A DNA stretch of 64,000 bases from Clostridia bacterium (GCA_017411605.1 JAFQPR010000009.1:13814-77813), one strand, 5' to 3'. Positions 9,273 to 18,963 are shown, counted from the stretch's first letter. Notes: generated by a model not told the origin, from the sequence alone. A program made the numbers and translations.

Positions 9273-10225
9273 TGGGTACTGTTGGAATAATTATATTAGT
9301 AGTTGAATGCGTCGGGCTTTTAGCTCTTCTTGTTGCGTATCTCGGAAGTTATATAACCTACAGAATGGCATTTTACAATAATCCCGAGAAAAATAAGGTC
9401 GATCCTTATAGATATATCAAGGATAATGACGAGCCGAGAAATCTTTTTTCAAAGTCCTTGGTAGATAGGATACTTGCCATACCGTGTGAAAATATATACG
9501 TAACCTCTCACGATGGACTAAGGCTTCGCGGAAGGCTTTATATGGTGGACAAGGATGCTCCGTTTGCAATTCAGTTTCACGGTTATAAGAGCATGCCGAT
9601 GATAGATTTTTCGGGCGGCGGTGAGATGGTAATGAAGATGGGGATCAACGTTATTATGGTTGATGAGAGAGCGTGCGGCGAGAGCGAGGGGAAAACCGTT
9701 TCCTTCGGGTATCACGAGAGCCGTGACGTGCGCACGTGGATAAAGTATGTGACGGATAATTACGGTATTGACAGAAAGGTGCTTCTGTTTGGCGTTTCTA
9801 TGGGCGCTGCGACCGTTATAATTGCAGCAGGTCAGGGTTTGCCGAAAAACGTTGTGGGCGTATGCGCTGATTGCCCCTGCGCATCGACTAAAGAGATCGT
9901 TACAAAGGTTATTTACGATATGAAGCTGCCCGGAAAGCTTCTTTATCCCCTCGTAAGACTCGGCGCTATTATTTACGGTAGGTTTGATCCCGATACGGCT
10001 GACGCGAAAGCGATCGTTCACCGCGCGAGAGTTCCTATCCTTCTTATTCACGGCGAGGGAGATGATTTTGTTCCTTGTGATATGAGCCGTGATATTGCGA
10101 AAAATTCAAAACTCGTTGAGCTTCATACTTTCCCTGAGGCCGGTCACGGACTCAGCTTTGTGTATGATACGGAACGCTACATAGAAACTGCTGAAGAGTT
10201 CTGCAAAAGATGCTTAAATGCGTGA
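9272..10225 (+). CDS. Alpha/beta hydrolase with N-terminal TM anchor
   Basis: GVSMGA nucleophile elbow, HGEGDDFV and AGHG blocks. The start overlaps the upstream stop (TAATG). Confidence 0.8.
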   Translation: MGTVGIIILVVECVGLLALLVAYLGSYITYRMAFYNNPEKNKVDPYRYIKDNDEPRNLFSKSLVDRILAIPCENIYVTSHDGLRLRGRLYMVDKDAPFAIQFHGYKSMPMIDFSGGGEMVMKMGINVIMVDERACGESEGKTVSFGYHESRDVRTWIKYVTDNYGIDRKVLLFGVSMGAATVIIAAGQGLPKNVVGVCADCPCASTKEIVTKVIYDMKLPGKLLYPLVRLGAIIYGRFDPDTADAKAIVHRARVPILLIHGEGDDFVPCDMSRDIAKNSKLVELHTFPEAGHGLSFVYDTERYIETAEEFCKRCLNA

Positions 10226-10264
10226 ATATGACAACAAATAGTTACAAACAAGGAGAAATATATC

Positions 10265-13153
10265 ATGAAACCACAGAAGAATATGCATGGATTTGAATTC
10301 ATATCCTCGCGCGAGGTACCCGAGCTTTCGGGAACACTTCACGAGGCTGTATATACAAAGAACGGAGCAAAGCTTCTGTTTATCGACAGAGAGGATTCAA
10401 ACAAGACCTTTGCTATAGCTTTTAAAACCATACCGACGGATGATACCGGTGTTTTCCACATTATCGAGCACTCGGTCCTTTGCGGTTCCGAGAAATATCC
10501 CGTAAAGGAGCCGTTTGTTGAGCTTCTTAAAGGCTCTCTTAAAACATTCCTTAACGCCTTTACTTTCCCCGATAAAACTATGTATCCCGTGTCATCGAGA
10601 AACGAAAAGGATTTTTTAAACCTTGTTGATATCTATATGGATGCGGTGCTTCACCCACTGGCAATAAAGAAAAAGGAGATATTCTACCAGGAGGGTTGGC
10701 ATTACGAGCTTCACAAAAAAAGTGATGATATCATATATAAGGGCGTTGTTTTCAACGAGATGAAGGGAGCTTACTCTTCTGCCGATGAGGTTGAGATGGA
10801 AGAGATGAGCGCGCTTCTTTATAAGGATAGCTGCTACGGACGTGATTCGGGCGGTAATCCCACTGCGATCCCGACACTCACTTACGAGGACTTTGTTGCT
10901 TCTCACGCTAAATATTATCACCCCTCAAACTCAAGAATTATTCTTGACGGAAGCGTTGACCTTGATAAGACCCTGGCACTTCTTGATAGCTTCCTTTCCG
11001 AGTATGACTATCTTGAGGTGGATTCGGATATACCTATGGTAGAGCCTATGGGATATGCGGAGAAGACCATAGCATATGAGATATCCGAGGGTGAGGATCC
11101 CGAGGGTAAGGCGAGGGTATGCCTTGGATTTGCGGCATCCGATTTCAGCGACAGAAAAACTATCTCGGCTCTTACGATACTTTCCGATGCTATTGCGGGT
11201 ACGAACGAAGCGCCATTCAAAAAGGCAATGCTGGATTCAGGACTTTGCGAGGACGTTAACTTTATTTCATATGACGGAATTCAGCAGAATTCCATCCTTA
11301 TAGAGATAAAGAACGTTAAGGAGCAGAATATAGATAAGGTGAAGACTCTTTGCTTTGACACCCTCAGAGCTATTGCAGACAGCGGAATAAATAAAGATGC
11401 GCTCCTAGCTTCTCATAACAGTCTCGAATTCCGTATGCGCGAGCAGGATATGGCAACGTTCCCCGCAGGTATAGCTTATGCGATAAGCGCGCTTGATACG
11501 TGGCTTTACGGCGGAGATCCTATGAGCTCTCTTTCCTTTGAAAGTGATATAGCATTCTTAAGAGATGCGCTTTCGGGTGATTACTACGAAAAGCTTCTGA
11601 GAAGAATCTTTCTTGAATCAAAGCACAGCGCTGCTCTTTATATGCTTCCTTCCGCAAAGCTCGGCGAGCAGAGAATAGCGCTTGAAAAGAGCAGACTTGC
11701 GCTTGCAAAAGCAAATATGGATGACGAGGATCTTGATAAGCTCATAGCTCTCAATGATGAGCTTGAAGCCTGGCAAAAATCCTCCGACAGTGCTGAGGCT
11801 CTCGCGACGATACCCTCGCTCGGTGTTGAGGATATTAATAAGCTTCCCGAAAAATATCCTTCTACCATTTATGAGCTTGAAGGAGTTCCGGCGGTTTATA
11901 CCGAGTCGAGCTCAAGAGGAATAACTTATACGAGTCTTTTGTTTGACGTTTCCGATTTTGATAAGGACGAGCTTTGCGTGGCATCTCTGGTTATCGAAAT
12001 TTTAAAGAACGTTGAAACAGAAAACTATGATGCGGTATCTCTTCAGAATAAAATAAAAACCGAGCTAGGTACGCTCGGATTCGGTTCGATAGTTGCGACA
12101 AAGGATGGAAAAACGACTCCTTATATTCAAATAGGAATCAGCTGCCTTGATTCAAAGAGAGCGTCTGCCGTAGAGCTTTGCCGCGAGGTTGCTCTCGGTT
12201 CAAAGTTCACCGATAAGTCGGTAATCGAGATAATAGTAAAGCAGCTTAAAACTCAGAGCGCTGAGGCGATTGCAGCATCGGGCCACTCGGTTGCGTTCGC
12301 GAGAGCCGCATCGTACGTGAGCCGCGAAGCAGCAGTAAGCGAGTATATAGACGGACTCGAAAATTATCTTTGGATAAAAGAGCTTGATAAGAATTTTGCA
12401 GCGAGAGCCGACGAGTTTTGTGAAAAGCTTGCGACCGTATCTTCAAAGATATTCACGAGAGCGAGACTTACAGCTTGTCATTCGGGTTCAAGGGCAGACG
12501 AGTATATGAAAAATATGATCGATATGCTTCCCGAGGGGGTAGATTTTGAGCGCGGAAGTAAAATAGAGCCGCTCGGCGTAAGACGTGAAGGACTCCTTAT
12601 CCCCGCAAGCATTGCTTTCGCATCCAAAGCTGCAAACGTTTTCTCGGTTGCCGATACGCTTCACGGCTCTCTCGGAGCTGTTCGCTCCATTCTTTCGTTC
12701 GGATATCTTTGGAATGCTATCAGAGTTCAGGGCGGCGCATACGGAGCAGGGTTCATTAAGAGAAATAACGGTACCGTAGGTTATTATACCTACCGTGATC
12801 CCGATGCAAAGCGTTCGCTGGGTGTCTTTGACGAGAGTACGTCGTTCCTTCGTTCGCTTGCGGAGTCGGGTGATGATATCACGAACTTTATTATTGGAGC
12901 TGTGGGAGATAGCGATCCGCTTATTACACCCAAGGTGCTTTCCGCGCTTTCCGTGGCTTCTTATCTCAGGGGAGAAACATACGAGTCGAGAGCAAAGGCG
13001 CGTGAAGAGCTTATTTCCACGGGTAAGGATGAGCTTCTCGCGATGGCGGATATTCTCGATAGCGCTTTTGCGAATGCCGGTGTCTGTGTTGTTGGCGGTA
13101 AGGATAAGCTTGAGGCTTGCGGTGAGATACTCAATAGCATAATAGAGATTTAA
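10265..13153 (+). CDS. M16C (PreP/insulinase-like) zinc metallopeptidase
   Basis: Inverted zinc motif HIIEH (FHIIEHSVLCGSEKYP); 962 aa length typical of M16C. AAGGAG RBS. Confidence 0.88.
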   Translation: MKPQKNMHGFEFISSREVPELSGTLHEAVYTKNGAKLLFIDREDSNKTFAIAFKTIPTDDTGVFHIIEHSVLCGSEKYPVKEPFVELLKGSLKTFLNAFTFPDKTMYPVSSRNEKDFLNLVDIYMDAVLHPLAIKKKEIFYQEGWHYELHKKSDDIIYKGVVFNEMKGAYSSADEVEMEEMSALLYKDSCYGRDSGGNPTAIPTLTYEDFVASHAKYYHPSNSRIILDGSVDLDKTLALLDSFLSEYDYLEVDSDIPMVEPMGYAEKTIAYEISEGEDPEGKARVCLGFAASDFSDRKTISALTILSDAIAGTNEAPFKKAMLDSGLCEDVNFISYDGIQQNSILIEIKNVKEQNIDKVKTLCFDTLRAIADSGINKDALLASHNSLEFRMREQDMATFPAGIAYAISALDTWLYGGDPMSSLSFESDIAFLRDALSGDYYEKLLRRIFLESKHSAALYMLPSAKLGEQRIALEKSRLALAKANMDDEDLDKLIALNDELEAWQKSSDSAEALATIPSLGVEDINKLPEKYPSTIYELEGVPAVYTESSSRGITYTSLLFDVSDFDKDELCVASLVIEILKNVETENYDAVSLQNKIKTELGTLGFGSIVATKDGKTTPYIQIGISCLDSKRASAVELCREVALGSKFTDKSVIEIIVKQLKTQSAEAIAASGHSVAFARAASYVSREAAVSEYIDGLENYLWIKELDKNFAARADEFCEKLATVSSKIFTRARLTACHSGSRADEYMKNMIDMLPEGVDFERGSKIEPLGVRREGLLIPASIAFASKAANVFSVADTLHGSLGAVRSILSFGYLWNAIRVQGGAYGAGFIKRNNGTVGYYTYRDPDAKRSLGVFDESTSFLRSLAESGDDITNFIIGAVGDSDPLITPKVLSALSVASYLRGETYESRAKAREELISTGKDELLAMADILDSAFANAGVCVVGGKDKLEACGEILNSIIEI

Positions 13154-13212
13154 TACCTATCAAGAACTTTTCTAAAGCATCATTTTGTTAACAATTAATG
13201 ACAAAAAAACAG

Positions 13213-13249
13213 AAAAAGAGCGAATCTGGCGGAGATTCGCTCTTTTTTT
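13213..13249. terminator. Bidirectional rho-independent terminator
   Basis: AAAAAGAGCGAATCT (13213-13227) / AGATTCGCTCTTTTT (13233-13247), between convergent genes. Confidence 0.7.
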
Positions 13250-13291
13250 AAAATGATTCGTTTGTTTTACTTGTGGAGCATTCCTGGAAAA

Positions 13292-14164
13292 TTATGAAAA
13301 AGCTTCGTCTGACAGCATTTTGCGCAACGTTGTTTCTGCGTTTGCGTAACGCTCTTTTGCACGCTTCTTGCCTCCCGTGAACTGCGATAAAATTCTGAAG
13401 CAAATTACGGTATCTTCGGGGAGATATTTGAATCCCGATTTCTCGGCAAGCGGAGTAGAGGAGAGGTAAACCCCGTATTCGGATGCTAAGCGGTACCCTA
13501 TGTCATCCTTCTCATCTGCAATCACTGCATTTTCGGGAAGGTATGGCTTGATCTTCATAAAAGGATTATTTTTCTCGTTTTTTGTCCATTCTGTGAAAAG
13601 ATGCTCCGAGATAATGCATATGTAATAGTCGCCGTAAAGAACTTGCTGACTGAAATTATCAGCGTTTTCTTTGAGGAGAGCAGGGTTTATTGTATTTCCG
13701 TCATCTTCCTCTGCTGCGATTTCGCTATCCGAGGGAAGATATATATCAAGAAATGAAATATATCGGTTCCCGTCACCGTCAAAATCGTCAACGTATGTAC
13801 CTAATGTATCGTAAACCGGTTTGTACACAGCTTCTCCCGCATCGTCGTCAAAAGTTCTGAGATTTTTTCCTCCCGCGTAAAGAACATAAGCATCAAAGGT
13901 CGTTTTGTTGCAGGTCTGAAGCGTGCAGAATAGTATAACTACAACGAGAAAAAGCGCAATGATTGAGTGCCATTTATAGTGATATAAAAAGTTTTCGAGC
14001 CAAAGACGCGCTTTCGATTTTTCTTTAACTTCTTTTTTTGGAACGTCTCCACCGTTGTCGATATTATCCTCAGTGTTCGTTTTTCTTTTTTTAAACACTA
14101 TGTCGGGCGAAAAGCGCTCGTCATCGTTTTTTGTAAAATCGGATCTGTCGTTTTTGTCGCTCAT
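13292..14164 (-). CDS. Hypothetical single-pass membrane protein (Lys-rich cytoplasmic N-terminus, acidic extracytoplasmic domain)
   Basis: Long ORF with one TM helix (IIALFLVVVILFCTL). Start placed at the Met with a GAAAGGA RBS (14164) rather than the track start at 14206. Confidence 0.55.
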   Translation of the reverse strand: MSDKNDRSDFTKNDDERFSPDIVFKKRKTNTEDNIDNGGDVPKKEVKEKSKARLWLENFLYHYKWHSIIALFLVVVILFCTLQTCNKTTFDAYVLYAGGKNLRTFDDDAGEAVYKPVYDTLGTYVDDFDGDGNRYISFLDIYLPSDSEIAAEEDDGNTINPALLKENADNFSQQVLYGDYYICIISEHLFTEWTKNEKNNPFMKIKPYLPENAVIADEKDDIGYRLASEYGVYLSSTPLAEKSGFKYLPEDTVICFRILSQFTGGKKRAKERYANAETTLRKMLSDEAFS

Positions 14165-14275
14165 AGCCGATCCTTTCTTTTTTTGTTTATATGAAGAGTA
14201 TAGCATTTTAGACGGAAGTTGTCAATGAAAAGAGTGTTAACTTTAGGCTGTTACCTCTTTTTAGGGGCTCACGTG

Positions 14276-15187
14276 TCAATAGGTGAGAAGCTCGATCAGA
14301 ATAATTTCGGGTTTGTTATTCAGTCTGAAAGGGAAAAGGCTGTTTCCTATTCCGCGGCTGACTATCATACGGGTGTTATCACTTTCAAAGAGTCCCTCGT
14401 CATATTTTGGGAAGAAGCCTTGATTTGGCGCAAAAAGTCCGCCGATCCCGGGGAGTCTGAACTGACCGCCGTGCGCGTGTCCCGATAAGACGAGATCAAA
14501 TTCGTATTCGGCATAAATGGGGAAAAGCTCGGGTCTGTGTGATAGAAGCAACGTGAAGCTATCTTGCGAGGTATGCAAAGCTTCTATTTGTTCTTTAACT
14601 ATCTCTTTTTCGCTTTTGCTGTCAGGACCTTTATAAAACGAAGGATCGTTAATGCCCGATATACTGATGGCAGATGTCCCTTTTTTAATTGAAACCGTGT
14701 CATTTTCAAGCACTGTAACGCCGATTTCTTTCAATGAATCCCTTAAAGCATCATATTCTTCGATACGCGACTCGTGGTTGCCTGTCACATAATAACACGG
14801 AGCTATACTTATGGCTTCTTTTGCCAGATTTATAGAAATATCAATATTCGTTTTTCTCGAGTCGATAAGATCTCCTGTTATTACAATAATATCGGGGCAG
14901 GAAGTTTTTAGCTTTTTGATAAGCTTTTCGTTATCTTTGCCTATTTCTGCGTTATGGATATCTGAAATGTGAGCAATTCGGTATCCGTTAAACTCGCTGC
15001 CGAGCTTCTCTGTTTTGAGGGTATAAGAGTTTATCTCAAGCGCTTTATTTGCTATCAGCACCCATACCGTGATAAATATTATCGCGGATATCAAAATAAG
15101 CGACACGATGATAAGGGTAAGCTTTTTGTTTAAGCGTTTATTATTTTCGCTCGTTCCGCTATGCTCTTTTGCGTTCGCCATAAGCAC
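14276..15187 (-). CDS. Membrane-anchored calcineurin-like metallophosphoesterase
   Basis: Motifs ISDIH, GDLID, GNHE and SGHAHGGQ, with an N-terminal TM helix. Confidence 0.85.
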   Translation of the reverse strand: MLMANAKEHSGTSENNKRLNKKLTLIIVSLILISAIIFITVWVLIANKALEINSYTLKTEKLGSEFNGYRIAHISDIHNAEIGKDNEKLIKKLKTSCPDIIVITGDLIDSRKTNIDISINLAKEAISIAPCYYVTGNHESRIEEYDALRDSLKEIGVTVLENDTVSIKKGTSAISISGINDPSFYKGPDSKSEKEIVKEQIEALHTSQDSFTLLLSHRPELFPIYAEYEFDLVLSGHAHGGQFRLPGIGGLFAPNQGFFPKYDEGLFESDNTRMIVSRGIGNSLFPFRLNNKPEIILIELLTY

Positions 15188-15254
15188 CTCTTTTGTTGCG
15201 TTTTAACGAAAGTATATCATTTTTATATATGAAAGTCAATAAACGCAATGTTAA

Positions 15255-15959
15255 TTATGGACTAACTTCGCTGCCACCTTGCTTGATCTCCATTCTGCGC
15301 CAGCTGATAAATCCGTATATATCGTGTGCGAGAAAAGCGCAGAAGCATATTATAACCGAGAGATAGGATATGTTTTTTATTGCCGCCAGTGTCCAAAGCG
15401 CGATCAGCACAAGATCATTTAATGCATATGCGAGAGTGAAATACTTCGAGCGCTTGTATGTCAGGAAAACGGCAGCGAAGCTTGTGGTGACCGAAACTGT
15501 GCTTATTGTAAGATTTTCTGTTCCGAAATATTTCAGAGTAAAGAAGAAAATAACGGAAATTATAGGAGTAAGTACGGCAAGCTGATATACGTCCTTTTTC
15601 TTGATTTTTGCCGTTTTTACCTCTGCTTCACCTTTTTTATAAGGATTTTTAAGCCACGAAATAAGAGAAAGAACTGCCATGGGAGCCGTCATCCCAACGT
15701 ACGTGAGAACTTCACCGTAATATTTGCAAAAGAAGGAAATGATTCCGTACATTGAGCTGAATATAATTATAAGCACCTGACCGAGAGGATTTCCTTTTGC
15801 GCAGAGTATAAGCGCGAATATGCCGATAACAGATGCTATAAGAGTAAGATAATTCTCTCTGTCGAATATGAGAAACGAACCGATTATCGCGGCAAGCGAC
15901 GAGCAAATTAATATAAGCTCTGTTTTTGTAAAGTAGTTTTTTAGTTTGCTGATAGTCAT
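15255..15959 (-). CDS. pnuC: PnuC-family nicotinamide riboside (or related vitamin) transporter
   Basis: 234 aa, 7-8 TM helices. PnuC-like pattern KGNPLGQ..YGIISF..YGE...SWLKNP and C-terminal W-rich helix GFISW. Confidence 0.7.
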   Translation of the reverse strand: MTISKLKNYFTKTELILICSSLAAIIGSFLIFDRENYLTLIASVIGIFALILCAKGNPLGQVLIIIFSSMYGIISFFCKYYGEVLTYVGMTAPMAVLSLISWLKNPYKKGEAEVKTAKIKKKDVYQLAVLTPIISVIFFFTLKYFGTENLTISTVSVTTSFAAVFLTYKRSKYFTLAYALNDLVLIALWTLAAIKNISYLSVIICFCAFLAHDIYGFISWRRMEIKQGGSEVSP

Positions 15960-16020
15960 TATTTATACTCCAAAACAATAAAAAAACAAAATAAATGTAA
16001 ATAATAGTTATCTTTCTCTG

Positions 16021-16081
16021 ATTAAAAAAGCATTCGAATACACATCTTCTATGACCTAACGATGCGTAAACGAATGCTTTT
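16021..16081 (-). promoter_or_regulatory. Long terminator/attenuator-like hairpin in the pnuC 5' leader
   Basis: On the minus strand: AAAAGCATTCG-ttt-ACGCATC-(14-nt loop)-GATGTGT-att-CGAATGCTTTT followed by TTAAT, about 60 nt upstream of the pnuC ATG. Confidence 0.4.
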
Positions 16082-16241
16082 GCTTTCAGCTGAACATTCA
16101 CTACCCGGTGGCAGTTTGTTGTTTTTTGCTTTTATTTATACCGACGTTATCAGTTGGTTTCGGGCTTCATGGTTGGGATTTTATACCTGTTTTTTATGTA
16201 ACCCTACGTAAAGCCGATTTTCTTCTTTATTTTGCGGAGTT

Positions 16242-16332
16242 TAGATGACGGATAGCTTATCGGTCTTTTGTATTTTTGGCAGTGTATCGGAACGGACAAA
16301 CCGTTTGACGTGTATTTCGTTTCTTTTATCAT
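16242..16332 (-). pseudogene. 5' fragment (about 30 codons) of the AraC regulator gene, duplicated relic
   Basis: Encodes MIKETKYTSNGLSVPIHCQKYKRPIS.., matching the N-terminus of the 19718-20602 ORF. Homology ends at 16242. Confidence 0.75.
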
Positions 16333-16638
16333 AACTCCTCCGAGCAGAATTTTGATATTTTTTGATAGTTATATTATATCATACGTTTTCCCAACTTGCT
16401 ATACTAGAAATGAAAAGAAGCAAAAATTAATAATAAATTAAAATTCAAAGGAGAAACGATATGAAAAAAACGGCAAAATTGCTCATTCTCTCGGTTGTTT
16501 GTATGCTTGTGCTCTTCGTTTCCATCCTTGCGATTACTTCTTATGCAAGTGATGACGGAGCCGAGGCGACGCCTTACGGTGACGTTCCCGCAAATTATGC
16601 GGATGAGAACGTTTATCCATTCGTGATTTTTGATACGA
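16242..16638. repeat. Copy 1 of a 397-bp direct repeat (partner at 20512-20908)
   Basis: By-eye alignment at a constant 4270-bp offset finds 6 mismatches in 397 nt. The repeat spans the araC 5' end, the divergent promoter region and the first 59 codons of the giant gene. Confidence 0.9.
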
Positions 16639-16670
16639 GTTGTAATAGCGTGTTACTAAGGGGGAAATGA
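16461..16670 (+). pseudogene. Truncated duplicate of the giant-protein 5' end (signal peptide plus about 30 aa), 69-aa relic ORF
   Basis: 59 codons near-identical to 20731-20908, then divergence and a stop. The stop overlaps the ATG of the next gene. Confidence 0.7.
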
Positions 16671-18643
16671 ATATGAAAAGTTATTGGATATGGCATTATG
16701 GCGAATATGAAATTTTTCACACTATGAATGTTCATTTAAGAAGGGAAACCCGAGGATATCATATTCCTGCTTATTGGAAACTGTGTACACCTTATGCCTC
16801 GGTTAAATTTAGAAAACAAGTAAATTCAGAAGGTGGATATCTTCTTTGTTGCATAAACGGAAGCGGTTGTGTTTCCATCGACGGAAACCTGTATGATCCC
16901 GGAAAGCGTATTGAAATCGCACCCGGACTCCATACCGTTGATATTTGTGTTTCCAATTTCGGGGGGCTTCCCGCAGTATTTATAGAAAGTGATATTTGTC
17001 CAAGTGACGCAACTTGGAGTTGTAACCATTATGCAGGGGATTTCTCTCCCGTCGGTTATCATCCTTTTTTTGATGACGTTGCTAAAAACCCGGAGGTGTT
17101 TCCCTTTGAATACGAGAGACGCACGCCTATTAATAAGGAGTTGTTGAAAGGCGGTGTTTTGTATGATTTTGGTACGGAGCTCTTTGGATTCCTTAACATA
17201 GAGAATGCAAATGATGGCGAAACTATTGGCGTTTTTTATGGAGAAAGCCGTGAAGAGGCTCTTGATACAGCTTATAGTTATCTTTCGGACTCTGTTTGGG
17301 GGCAAAAGAGTTACCGTCTACGTCAAAGAGCATTTCGGTACGTTTATTTAGAGGGGAATGCTTGTGACGTTGCATTGTCCGCGGATTTTGAATATCTTCC
17401 CGTCGAAGCCAAAGGAACCTTCACGTGCGAAAACGCTCTTTTTAATAAAATATATAACGCCGCCGTCCGCACCTTTCACCTGAATTGCCGTGAAGGCTTT
17501 TTTGACGGAATCAAAAGAGACCGTTGGATATGGTCCGGGGATGCATATCAAAGCGCAAGAATAAACAGATATCTTTTTGCCGACAAGGATATTGAACAGC
17601 GCACGCTGATAGGACTTATAGGCAAGAAGCCTATTGAGCAATTTATCAACACCATAATGGATTACAGCTTGCTTTGGATCATTATGCTGAACGAACACTA
17701 TATGACATACGGGGATAAGGAATTTCTTAGCCGCATATTCCCAATGGCAAGTGAACTTTTGCGTTTTGTTGAAACACGATTAAATAGAGATGGATTTATC
17801 GAAGGCTTCAAGGGGGATTGGATTTTTGTCGACTGGTCAAATATGGATAAGTGCGGGGCGGTTTGCGCCGAGCAGATGCTGTTGATCGAAGCATACCGTG
17901 CCATGTCTTGTATTTCAATAGCGATTGGCGACGGCGATTGTGATGAGTTGGCAAAAAAAGAAAAAGAGCTTGTTGACCGCGTCAATAAATATTATTGGAA
18001 TGAAGAAAAGGGCGGTTTTATTGATAGCTATCAATCAGGAAAAAATAATGTTACCCGCCATGCCAACATTTTCGCTGTGCTTTATGGGATAGCAAACGAG
18101 CATCAAACTGCAAGTATACTTGAAAACGTATTGAAAAATGACAGTATTACTAAGATAACAACTCCATATTTTGAAGGATATGAACTGGATGCATTGGCAA
18201 AGCTTGGAGAATTTGCCGCACTTGAGGAAATGTTGAAAAACTACTGGGGCGGTATGATAGAATTGGGAGCCGAAACAATTTGGGAGGAATATCATCCCGA
18301 AATGGTTGGCATAGAGCATTATGCAATGTACGGTAGGAAATATGAAAAATCACTTTGTAATGCATGGGGCGCAGGACCTGTATACATTTTTGGAAGATAC
18401 TATTTGGGGGTATATGCAACGAAGCCGGGTTATGAAGCTTTTGAGGTCGCTCCGCAGCTTGGCGGTCTTTCTGAAATCAACGGTACTGTACCAATCAACG
18501 GAGGCTTGGTTAAGGTAAGCCTAAATTCAAAAACTTTGTCGGTTATCGCAACGAAATCAGGCGGGACGTTGATATGGAAGGGAAAACGATATTCCTTGAT
18601 GCCGGATCAGCCGATTATGCTTGTGAATAACGATAAAACTTGA
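16667..18643 (+). CDS. (alpha/alpha)6 six-hairpin glycosidase, GH78 alpha-L-rhamnosidase-like
   Basis: DGIKRDRWIWSGDA matches the D-x-P-x-R-[DE]-x-x-x-W-x-G-D block of the Bac_rhamnosid6H domain. No signal peptide. The alternative ATG at 16673 has better spacing to the GGGGGA RBS. Confidence 0.7.
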   Translation: MNMKSYWIWHYGEYEIFHTMNVHLRRETRGYHIPAYWKLCTPYASVKFRKQVNSEGGYLLCCINGSGCVSIDGNLYDPGKRIEIAPGLHTVDICVSNFGGLPAVFIESDICPSDATWSCNHYAGDFSPVGYHPFFDDVAKNPEVFPFEYERRTPINKELLKGGVLYDFGTELFGFLNIENANDGETIGVFYGESREEALDTAYSYLSDSVWGQKSYRLRQRAFRYVYLEGNACDVALSADFEYLPVEAKGTFTCENALFNKIYNAAVRTFHLNCREGFFDGIKRDRWIWSGDAYQSARINRYLFADKDIEQRTLIGLIGKKPIEQFINTIMDYSLLWIIMLNEHYMTYGDKEFLSRIFPMASELLRFVETRLNRDGFIEGFKGDWIFVDWSNMDKCGAVCAEQMLLIEAYRAMSCISIAIGDGDCDELAKKEKELVDRVNKYYWNEEKGGFIDSYQSGKNNVTRHANIFAVLYGIANEHQTASILENVLKNDSITKITTPYFEGYELDALAKLGEFAALEEMLKNYWGGMIELGAETIWEEYHPEMVGIEHYAMYGRKYEKSLCNAWGAGPVYIFGRYYLGVYATKPGYEAFEVAPQLGGLSEINGTVPINGGLVKVSLNSKTLSVIATKSGGTLIWKGKRYSLMPDQPIMLVNNDKT

Positions 18644-18667
18644 GTTGCTTTTTTATCCTATAAGCCC

Positions 18668-18702
18668 AAAAAATTCCGTACACGCAAGTGTGCGGAATTT
18701 TT
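18668..18702 (+). terminator. Rho-independent terminator of the GH78-like gene
   Basis: AAAAAATTCCGTACAC / GTGTGCGGAATTTTT stem (one G-U pair) with GCAA loop and T-run. Confidence 0.65.
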
Positions 18703-18719
18703 ACTTCATCATTTTGCAT

Positions 18720-18963
18720 ACTGCAATAAGTTCTGACGGTAATAAACGTAATAACCGTCAGCGCCGCAGTAGCAATACTCATGCATTCTTTGATAGGAAG
18801 TCCGCAGCAATCGGCGGCACTGAGCTTTTGAGTTTGCAAGAGGAAGAACACAAAGAAGGTGATCATCAGCATCGAAAAGAATACCGCAACGGACAGAAGA
18901 AGACTTCTTTTGCCGTTCTTTTTTTATTCTTCGCAGAGCAATTTTTGTAATAGGTGATATCAT
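18720..18963 (-). pseudogene. Remnant of an FtsX/MacB-type ABC permease (N-terminal 80 or so codons, frameshifted and truncated)
   Basis: MISPITKIALRRIKK then a frame change in the T7 run at 18919-18925 gives NGKRSLLLSVAVFFSMLMITFFVFF, a typical permease N-terminus and TM1. Nothing permease-like remains beyond about 18720. ATGA overlap with the ATPase stop. Confidence 0.55.

Noticed and set aside
16160-16178. A 19-nt exact match (TCGGGCTTCATGGTTGGGA) to the 3' end of lysS (24193-24211), which could hint at a lysS pseudogene relic in the pnuC leader
   Set aside because: Similarity does not extend beyond the 19 nt on either side. The surrounding reading frame hits a stop within a few codons and shows no LysS-like sequence. 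I cannot exclude a micro-relic, but it is too short to support a feature.
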